DNA of 64,000 nucleotides from Antedon mediterranea (taxonomy: Eukaryota > Animalia > Echinodermata): the NCBI RefSeq assembly GCF_964355755.1, contig NC_092672.1, forward strand, positions 30,572,437-30,636,436, read 5' to 3'. Positions 53,779-64,000 of this stretch are shown piece after piece. The stretch's first letter is position 1. Every line of letters starts with the position of its first letter. Made by a program: the position numbers and the translations under genes. Under the pieces are notes generated by a model that saw nothing but the letters and a program-made list of their open reading frames with translations, was not told the DNA's origin and made no database searches.

Positions 53779-54154
53779 GGTGATAAGCGGTCTCAATAAC
53801 AATAATGGTGATCAGTGGAGCGTTACGTAAGGAAGGCCCTTTGTTAGGGTAAACAAAAGCCTTACCAATACTGCTTTCGCCCGGTTGATCAACGGAAGGA
53901 AATTTAAACACTGTCGTCTTCACTAGCCTACTCAAACTACTTTATGATTAAGTCTATCAAGTTCCGAGTTTGCTCAGCTACCGACGCGGTATAATAATTC
54001 TCTGTTAATTCTGAAATTTGCCCTAATATTACGGACGTATACGGAAATGAAGATAAACTGGGTACTACACGCAAAAATAAAACTATACGCAAAACTATGA
54101 TTTGGCCTTAAATTATGGAAAAACGCAATAATTATGAACAAATTGACGTATTGA

Positions 54155-54522
54155 CATATGACGGTTTTTTCCCGAACACAGTGTGTGTTGGCCACCTTTC
54201 GTACCACCTCTCATCAAGAGAGAGATACATCTCCCTGCTCTCTGACGCGCGCACAACAAGAAACTAGTCAATCAGAAATGTGTTCAGCGTATGCTCAGAA
54301 ACTTATATACTTTTATCTGTGCGCGGCATAGTAGGCCTATTGGTGACTGCTGTGCCAATTTATAAATATTCTCTTTCAGACTGAACTTCTATAACGTATA
54401 AATATGGATATTGTATACGAAGAAATGGGACTCAAATTTAATTTTATTGGCAGAACAAAATTTAGTATGAAATTAAGGGTGTTGCCCGGGCCACTAAGGC
54501 AACATCCCTGGGTCCGCCCCTA
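54155..54522. repeat. TIR-like end (...tccgccccta), inverted partner of 38652-39008
   Basis: Reverse-complement similarity over about 350 bp. Confidence 0.8.
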
Positions 54523-54635
54523 CGCTAGATGCTTGGAAATTAGTGTTATTGAAAATATCAGGATGTTTGGTAGAAAATGTGCCTGATACTGTACACTGCA
54601 CCGCGGCACCATACCAAACTGTTGCTGTCAGACAT

Positions 54636-56565
54636 GACTGTGCCCTACACACACCTGGCATGTTTCAGTCCATCACGTCTCCTTGTGTTTTCGAAGAAAT
54701 AATGACCCCCAACACACACTCCCCACCCGGGGATGGGGGCTGCAGGATACAGTCCAACAGTATAAAACAAGAAATAAGGCCATGGCCTAACTTGGCTGGG
54801 AGTCATTGGACAACTAGGTCTACATGACCTGGCTGGGCTAGCTAAAGTAGGTAAGGGATAGCCTAGCTAGGCCTAAAAAATCGGACAGAAAATGTGGAGT
54901 TATTTACATGTATTTGACTAATACAGTACAATAACAAAATATAGCAAAATAGTCATCAAAATATTGACATAATAACATACAATCATTTTAAAGTTAATAT
55001 TGTGCCTTAAAAAGGGTTATTTCATTGTCAATTGGCTGTGTTTACAAATGGCTGCCACACACGCTATGGCTATACCATATTCTTTGGCTATACTAGAAGA
55101 GCAGCAGCTGGAAAGATGACAGCACATGTTTTTCCACTGTATTTTAGTAACCAAAATGGTTGACATTTTTCGGAGAAAAGAATCATCAAAGACAGAAGTG
55201 AAGAATCTCTTTCTCCAATTATTACACATTATTTAGGCCTACTATTAAATATTGTTTTTTTATTAACTATATTTTTTTACATAAAAATTGATTTGTTTAA
55301 TAAAAGAAACCATTTGGTTTAGCGACGTTAATTGCTGGTTTGAGGAACGCGATCGCGCAGGCGATCCGTAAAAATGATGGACTGATCGCTTTCGGAAATT
55401 CCCTTTTATTGTGTAAAAAGAGTGATGGTCACAAAGAGGAGACCTACGCAAGAAGGATCAAGTGATTAAGCAAGGAGTTCTTAATTAGAAGTCCCTATGT
55501 AAGCAGGCCTAGAATAACCATACAAGCCCGTAGCCAGGATTTTTACAGGGGGGTTCTTTTTTCCCAAAAAGGCCCCTCTTATGGGAGTTACCTCCGGTGT
55601 AACCAGCGTATATTATTTAATATCAAACGATCAAAACACCAATGATATTAGTCACCAGCCACAAGAGCACCCCCTCTCCTAAGAGGCCTCATCATGGTTG
55701 GGGCTGAGGTAAGAACAATTGGAAAAGATAGAGCGCTACAGGGGCGTTTGCAGACTCGCAGGACTGTTTTAAGAAGGCCTAGGTTGCCCAAAGACTCCAG
55801 TGCTGTAGACAATGAGTATTTGAGCAAGAAAATTGTTAAATGACACCCCTACATGGTACTCTCGCACGTAAAATTCATAATAAATTGCACCTCTAGTTCG
55901 ACGGAAATGTCACTCACTCTATAGTGCGCTAGCAAACAGAGGATCGTAGCATAATGTTATTCGACCGGTAATAAAACATACGCGACTAACAATAGGCATA
56001 TAGGATAACATTTTTGTTTTCGTTCAATACGAACGTCACGAGGAAGTTCCCGATGAAGGTACTTCTGGTACGGTACTACATCTAATAACTGTAATTATTG
56101 TAAATTTATTAGCAATTAATAATTTTAAAAAGTTATACAAAACATATGAAGCTGCTGCTATAAATATATTGCGCAAAACTTTAAATTGTGTTATTTTCAA
56201 TTAAATGCTAAATAAAGTCAGATGTTAAAACCACAATTTCAAACATTCATTTTTTATTTATCCACTATAAACCTTTAAAAAGTGTTGTTTAAACCACACT
56301 CCAAAATAAAACAAAGAAAATTATGATATGACATTTGCAGAAGGAAGCAAACTTTGCTCTGCTACCGGTATAACACGGTTCAAATTTTGAAACTTCCATA
56401 AATTACTACGGAAATTCGGCCTAATATTTACGGACGTATGGAAGTGAAGACAAATAGGGTACTACACGCATCGGAAAAAAAACTATACGCACAATTATGA
56501 TTTGGCCTAAAAATTGGCCTTAGATTATAGAAAACCCCCGGCAAAACGCAATAATTATGGACAAA
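54636..56565 (+). repeat. About 2-kb direct repeat, copy 2
   Basis: Colinear with 43001-45051, with several indels. Confidence 0.9.
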
Positions 56566-56696
56566 TAGATTATCAGCCTTGGTAATATATGCCTAATATT
56601 TAAAAGGAATAAATATAAGCTATATTTTTGTTTTGTCGCAAAGTTCATATGTGAATGCTTGATCCATTAGAGGTAATCTGTGATAGTTTTTATTGC

Positions 56697-59600
56697 TTGT
56701 ATTACAACACAAGTTCATTTTGGATTTTCAGTAAATTACCAATGGTTTATTTAAGGTCAACACACTGTAACTAATCCCTCACTATTCAATCAAAAAGTAT
56801 TATACTACCATTGTTGAAAAATAGATTGCGTGATATCAAAATGGATTGATTTAAAACGTAACAAAGATACAACCTTGTCTGGTATTAAATGCAGTGATGA
56901 AGCGGAGGATTGTTTTTGTAGCGTTCCATTTAAAATAAAATTTGTTTTGTGTGAAATACTTTGGTTGTAAAGGCCGCTAAATTCGTTGTCGCCAGACTTA
57001 CTTCTTTCACCAATTTTAACAATAAGCTAACAACAAAACATTTAACAATGATAAAATGCCGTAAAACTCTGTAACTACTTTATGATTAAGTCTATCAAGT
57101 TCCGAGTTTGCTCAGCTACCGACGCGGTATAATAATTCTCTGTTAATTCTGAAATTTGCCCTAATATTACGGACGTATTATACGGAAATGAAGATAAACT
57201 GGGTACTCTACCATTTATTATAGTTCCATGGTACTATACTACGGATGTACTACGGTCGAAGCGGCCGCCAACCAAAGCGGCCGCCAGTTTAATATCGTCA
57301 TTTGTATGGAACGCCATGTGCGCTTTAAATCTTTGATTGTCGTTGTCAACGCCATGGCCTATGGCGAGTTGAGTTACAGCTGTGTGTATGGTCAAACCAA
57401 TAAATATAAGCCAAATCATGTACTATCGAATCTTTATATTTCTATAATAATTAAGTTTGCCTGCGGATAAATCAATGTATATTTTATTTGTATTTTAATA
57501 TTAATAACTAACTAAATATATTTACATTATATATTATCGAATCATTAATAATTTACGTTTGCATCATAATCTACATACTATTGAACCTCTATGTCTTATT
57601 TATTACGTACTATTTATTTATTTGTTTATTTTATCCTCTTGACCCGACGTTTCTTGAGCACTCTCCTATCGAATCTTTATACAGTATTGCATTAATAATT
57701 TACGTACGGTATTGGCGAATATTTATATCTCATTTACATACTATCGAATCTTTATACAGTATTGCAATAATAATTTACGTACGGTATTGCCGAATCTTTA
57801 TATCTCATTTACATACTATCGAATCTTTTTACAGTATTGCAATATAATAATTTACGTACGGTATTGCCGAATATTTATATCTCATTTACATACTATCGAA
57901 TCCTTATACAGTATTGCATTAATAATTTACGTACGGTATTGCTGAATCCTTGTATCTCATAGAATCGTTTTACAGTATTGCAATAATAATTTACGTACTA
58001 TTAAGGTATTGCCGAATCTTTATATCTCATTTTCATACTATCGAGTCTTTATACAGTATTGCATTAATAATTTACGTACGGTATTGCGGCTTGCCGAATA
58101 TTTATATCTCATTTACATACTATCGAATCTTTATACAGTACTGCATTAATAATTTACGTACAGTATTGCCGAATCTTTATATCTCATTTACATCGAATCT
58201 TTACAGTATTGCAATAATAAGTTACGTACGGTATTGTCGAATATTTATATCTCATTAATTTACATCGAATCTTTACAGTATTGCATTAATAATTTACTAG
58301 ACTTGCCCCAAGTCTGTATTATCTTTTTTTTTTATTTATTTGTTTTTATTTCGACCGCGATTTTTGTCTGAAAATACAGACTTGTGAAACACGTATAGAA
58401 ATCGATTTGCAGACCGCAAACATACGATAAGAATGACGTAGGTTATCATACCGTATTTGGCTATATGGGGCGGGCGGTATGTAAATATGGATTTCGAATC
58501 AACCAATGATCATTTTGTTTCAAAATGAAAGAGATCGAGTACGTAGGCCTACCAGTGCTTAATGTACGATCGAGACTGTTGAAATATAAAATAGTAATGC
58601 CAAGTTGTTTTGTTTATTAATTGTTTAGTCCTTGGCCTAGGCCTCTTTCGTAGGTCCTACTCAACTCGCACGTATGACCTGCCAAATAAAACGCCAATGA
58701 AGTAGGCCTACATACCACCGGCACACAACAGGGCTACACCACCACACAGAACAGGACAGGGTCTGGGTGGGAATTAAATCAAAATTATCTCCGCATAATA
58801 AATGATCCATTCAATGTTTGATTTGCGGAGAAGCTAGCCTATCATATATCAAGACGAGTTTTCTTGTTTCAAAGATCCCATCAAATGTTTACCAGACTAC
58901 TAGGCATATAAATAATTTCTAGCCTTCAGAACTTTCATAAATGCCAAGTACACATTGTCTAAACGTAACATAGCGCATGCGCATCATCTTAGTTGTTGAG
59001 TCTTTGAAATTCTGAAATATGAATATTTAAACGGTGTACGAGAGAGTAGCCAATCGCATGCAGCTGAAACTAGTCAACCGGATAATCGTATGCACCAAGA
59101 ATTCTTGGTGTCAAACCACGTGACTTGTGCGTGTTTCCCCAGACGGAGTATCCAAAATCAAGTAGTATACGTATGAAACGCCATATGTGCCAAAATATTT
59201 ATCTTTACTAATATTAAGACAAAACTCCGTCTGGAACCCAGACTAATAATTTACGTACGGTATTGCCGAATCTTTATATCTCATTTACATCGAATCTTTA
59301 TACAGTATTGCAATAATAATTTACGTACGGTATTGCCGAATATTTATATCTCATTTACATCGAATCTTTACAGTATTGCAATAATAAGTTACGTACGGTA
59401 TTGTCGAATATTTATATCTCATTAATTTACATCGAATCTTTACAGTATTGCATTAATAATTTACGTACGGTATTGCCGAATCTTTATATCTCATTTACAC
59501 CGAATCTTTACACAGTATTGCAATAATAAGTTACGTTCGGTATTGCCGAATTTTTATATCTCGTTTACACTGTACTATCGAATCTTGGTTTTTATTATTA

Positions 59601-61531
59601 GTAATAGGGTGTGTGTTATACATTTAAGTGTTATTCCATTGTAATACATTGTTTGTGTTTTCAAAGAAGCAACGTGAAGACCAAAACGCGACCTTCTACA
59701 GCACTATTCCTGGCCGGCCGCCAGTCGAGTTATTAGCAGAAATTCACGTAAATTGTAAATTGTAAATTAATGAGATATAAATATTCGACAATACCGTACG
59801 TAACTTATTATTGCAATACTGTAAAGATTCGATGTAAATGAGATATAAATATTCGGCAATACCGTACGTAAATTATTATTGCAATACTGTATAAAGATTC
59901 GATGTAAATGAGATATAAAGATTCGGCAATACCGTACGTAAATTATTAATGCAATACTGTAAAGATTCGATGTAAATTAATGAGATATAAATATTCGAAA
60001 ATACCGTACGTAACTTATTATTGCAATACTGTAAAGATTCGATGTAAATGAGATATAAAGATTCGGCAATACCGTACGTAAATTATTAATGCAGTACTGT
60101 ATAAAGATTCGATAGTATGTAAATGAGATAAAAATATTCGGCAATACCGTACGTAAATTATTAATGCAATACTGTATAAAGACTCGATAGTATGTAAATG
60201 AGATATAAAGATTCGGCAATACCTTAATAGTACGTAAATTATTATTGCAATACTGTAAAAAGATTCTATGAGATACAAGGATTCAGCAATACCGTACGTA
60301 AATTATTACTGCAATACTGTATAAGGATTCGATAGTATGTAAATGGGATATAAATATTCGGCAATACCGTACGTAAATTATTATATTGCAATACTGTAAA
60401 AAGATTCGATAGTATGTAAATGAGATATAAAGATTCGGCAATACCGTACGTAAATTATTATTGCAATACTGTATAAAGATTCGATAGTATGTAAATGAGA
60501 TATAAATATTCGCCAATACCGTACGTAAATTAGTAATGCAATACTGTATAAAGATTCGATAGGAGAGTGCTCAAGAAACGTCGGGTCAAGAGGATAAAAT
60601 AAACAAATAAATAAATAGTACGTAATAAATGAGACATAGAGGTTCAATAGTATGTAGATTATGATGCAAACGTAAATTATTAATGATTCGATAATATATA
60701 ATGTAAATATATTTAGTTAGTTATTAATATTAAAATACAAATAAAATATACATTGATTTATCCGCAGGCAAACTTAATTATTATAGAAATATAAAGATTC
60801 GATAGTACATGATTTGGCTTATATTTATTGGTTTGACCATACACACAGCTGTAACTCAACTCGCCATAGGCCATGGCGTTGACAACGACAATCAAAGATT
60901 TAAAGCGCACATGGCGTTCCATACAAATGACGATATTAAACTGGCGGCCGCTTTGGTTGGCGGCCGCTTCGACCGTAGTACATCCGTAGTATAGTACCAT
61001 GGAACTATAATAAATGGTAGAGTACCCAGTTTATCTTCATTTCCGTATAATACGTCCGTAATATTAGGGCAAATTTCAGAATTAACAGAGAATTATTATA
61101 CCGCGTCGGTAGCTGAGCAAACTCGGAACTTGATAGACTTAATCATAAAGTAGTTACAGAGTTTTACGGCATTTTATCATTGTTAAATGTTTTGTTGTTA
61201 GCTTATTGTTAAAATTGGTGAAAGAAGTAAGTCTGGCGAAAACGAATTTAGCGGCCTTTACAACCAAAGTATTTCACACAAAACAAATTTTATTTTAAAT
61301 GGAACGCTACAAAAACAATCCTCCGCTTCATCACTGCATTTAATACCAGACAAGGTTGTATCTTTGTTACGTTTTAAATCAATCCATTTTGATATCACGC
61401 AATCTATTTTTCAACAATGGTAGTATAATACTTTTTGATTGAATAGTGAGGGATTAGTTACAGTGTGTTGACCTTAAATAAACCATTGGTAATTTACTGA
61501 AAATCCAAAATGAACTTGTGTTGTAATACAA
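56697..61531. repeat. 4.8-kb near-perfect foldback with internal 70-75-bp tandem arrays
   Basis: 56697-58297 pairs with about 59930-61531 (mirror ORFs 57228-57470 and 60758-61000 translate identically). Arrays of tatcgaatctttatacagtattgcattaataatttacgtacggtattgccgaat.. at 57667-58297, 59246-59585 (+) and 59760-60562 (-). Confidence 0.93.
58298..59245. mobile_element. AcademH-like non-autonomous element inserted in the tandem array
   Basis: TAG...CTA termini, each end forming its own hairpin (agacttg-ccc-caagtct; gtctgg-aac-ccagac); 9-bp TSD ataatttac at 58289-58297 and 59246-59254. Confidence 0.7.
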
Positions 61532-61865
61532 TATAGCTAGGACAGATTCCTGCAGGCCTGTAGCCTATGCTCTAGTAGGGCGGCCGGGTGTACTCTGGTC
61601 GATTCACCCCTGATCGACTCGTACCCATGCCAACTCGTACCTAACTTCCTACCCTAAACTCGTATCCAACCAAATAATTGGTTGATTTCCCGCTAGACTA
61701 GTAGGCCTAGCCTAGCTACAATATTCATTATGCCCTGCTAAAAAGGTAGATGAGCTACTAGACTAATTACGTAATTCGTATAATAATAACAATAATTGAC
61801 TAGAAGGCCTAAAAGCGACGGAAAACACCTATCCATTCTTGCATGGCAGTACGAAAACCTGCCTA

Positions 61866-62786
61866 TGGTTTCGATCCAAGTCGGCCCCAAGTCAAGTCGG
61901 CCCCAATTCAAGTCGGCCCCAAGTCAAGTCGGCCCCAAGTCAAGTCGGCCCCAAGTCAAGTCGGCCCCAAGTCTTGTCGGCCCCAAGTCAAGTCGACCCC
62001 AAGTCAAGTCGGCCCCAAGTCAAGTCGGCCCCAAGTCAAGTCGGCCCCAAGTCAAGTCGGCCCCAAGTCAAGTCGGCCCCAAGTCAAGTCGGCCCCAAGT
62101 CAAGTCGGCCCCACGTCAACTCAGCCCCACGTCAACTCGGCCTCACGTCAACTCGGCCTCACGTCAACTCGGCCTCACGTCAACTCGGCCTCACGTCAAC
62201 TCGGCCAAAAAATAATCGGTCAACTCGGCCACGTTTAAGTATGGAACGCAAAAAGTGCAAATGAAGGGGATTGATAAAATAATATTTCTTCTTTTTTAAC
62301 TATGAATAATTCTGACTTTTAATGAATATTATTATTTAGACAATAATATATTTAGCAAAAAAAATAGGAATGATTTCACCAACTTTCCTTTAATTATTTA
62401 CGTTTAATAAAATTTCGTAGCTGAGCCTCCCTGCGCGTTTGCCAGCTTTTTCGATATCTACAACTGCTACGTGTTTTCGCTGACCGGGGGATTCCCCTTT
62501 TTTAAAAACGCAAATCATGCACAAAAACGATGTACGATCTTTTTTTCTATGGCCAAATGGTGAAACGTAGGCCTCCGTCTTCGATTTCCTAAAATACGGT
62601 ACCTGCACGTGTTTTTTTGTAACACGCGGGTACTTCTATTCATATCGGCAATGAGTTCATTTTTTTATATGATATTATATTTTTTATTTCTTCATTTTTT
62701 TTAAAAACGTGGATAGTAAGAATCGTAATAATATTAAGCACTTTTTGCGTTCCATACTTTATTGTGGCCGACTTGACCTGCACCCG
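61866..62786. mobile_element. TIR element with 16-bp subterminal minisatellite (caagtcaagtcggccc)n
   Basis: Array at 61878-62206; ends share caagtcggcc / ggccgacttg; internal inverted pair aagtatggaacgcaaaaagtgc / gcactttttgcgttccatactt. Confidence 0.6.
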
Positions 62787-64000
62787 TTCATCATTGTAAA
62801 TTGTCAACACACACTGTGCTACAGACAGTGTACCGTGTGTTAAAAGTTAGTAGGCCTTCTTGCTGAACACCCGGCTGAACATCAACAAGATCATTAATAT
62901 TAAACAATCATTAACAGTAACAATACTAGAATTATCACTACTATCGTCAGTTGATAAATCATCCCCGTTATCTCGTCAGTCTCCTAGTCTAGGGCTAGTA
63001 GGCCTAGTTCTACTTCATCCTCAATTGGCATCCTCGTTTTCTCCAGGCATACTTATACTGATGTTACCATCACTGCAGGAGGTTGCCGATTGTTATACTC
63101 GTCCTTAAAATGGCGTCTTATGCACGGCTGTTTCAACGCACGTAATGGGCGACATTATTAGTGTTTACAACGCGCTTTTCCTTTTATTCGCTAGCCGCGC
63201 GTTCTCGAACACTTTTTCATTGTTTCCATGCACCGCCGATACTTAGCAACGCTGCATAGTTCCTTCATTACCTTAACATAATAATGCTTTTATATTTATA
63301 TATAGAAATCTAAAATAATTAACAAAATATTTTTTATACTATTTGTTTTACTAAGTTTTCAAGAACATAAAATAATAAACATATTACGAAATTTGTGTTT
63401 GTAGATAAAAATATCGCTACTTTATTGAAGGCCTTACAATACAAAACAATCGACGAAAATAATATTGAAAGCGCCCTCAATTTACTGCAGAAATTTCGTC
63501 AGATTTATCGTTTTCTCGTTCGTCCGTCGAATTTTTTTTCGTAGATTTGTTAAGGAAATAGTAATCTTTAACTATTTAGGTATCAACCTGCAAAATCTCA
63601 GCTTAACGGCAAACCTTCAACTATGTTAAAATTGAGCATATAATAATGGCTATTTTAGTCAATTTGTGACTATTAGGCCTACTGTGTAGGTCTGATAGGC
63701 TTGGTCGTGCGGACTTACACGGTCACAGTAGCCTACCTAGGCTAGTAATAGTAGTAAAGTAGGCCTACATTTTGTTAATTAGGCCTACATATAAAAATTG
63801 TGTTTCGAACATAAAAGTAGGTCTTATACTTATTTTCATTAGTATTACAATTTGTAACATGCCATATTTTTTTAGGAAAATAGGCTTATTCATAATAGGA
63901 TTTAATTTATTACTTTAGGCATCAAGTACAGCTACAGTATCAGTATACCTACTCTACTATGTATGCCCCTATATTTATATAGATAATGGGCCTAGGCTGA

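Larger units (their letters stand above)
45060..53930 (-). mobile_element. L1/Tx1-clade LINE, near full length, disrupted
   Basis: ORF1 with two CCHC knuckles, then ORF2 with APE, RT and C-terminal Cys-rich region; ends approximate, TSD not resolved. Confidence 0.9.

Noticed and set aside
57228-61000. Mirror-image ORF pairs (57228-58258 and 59977-61000) as duplicated genes
   Set aside because: They arise from the inverted repeat and its tandem array; no recognisable domains.
61796-62264. SAPSQVGPKSSRPQVK repeat protein
   Set aside because: A 16-bp minisatellite open in all three frames.

Overview
AT-rich, repeat-dense metazoan genomic DNA, most likely from a marine invertebrate (inferred from the Deu/Nin-domain SINE and the transposon spectrum). 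It holds two genes. (1) An uninterrupted, 10-coding-exon, 951-aa Chapaev-type DDE transposase at 545-4886 (+), with a RAG1-like N-terminus (Chapa zinc finger, C3HC4 RING, ZnA-like finger). Its probable right end (GTG-3') is at 6805, next to a 1.3-kb duplication whose second copy looks like the empty site. No RAG2-like partner is visible. (2) A Golgi carbohydrate sulfotransferase (CHST/HNK-1ST family), with its catalytic exon at about 32.56-33.42 kb and a probable membrane-anchor exon at 20060-20162. Its long putative intron carries a 7.5-kb foldback containing CACAGTG/CACTGTG-rich 97-bp arrays, tRNA-like modules and Penelope-type minimal hammerhead motifs. The rest is decayed or nested mobile DNA: a Helitron, a BEL/Pao LTR element, a near full-length L1/Tx1 LINE with nested TIR elements, Academ-, Kolobok- and MULE-like non-autonomous elements, and a second, near-perfect 4.8-kb foldback at 56.7-61.5 kb. 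All exon models, family assignments and boundaries were read by eye; no database searches were run.
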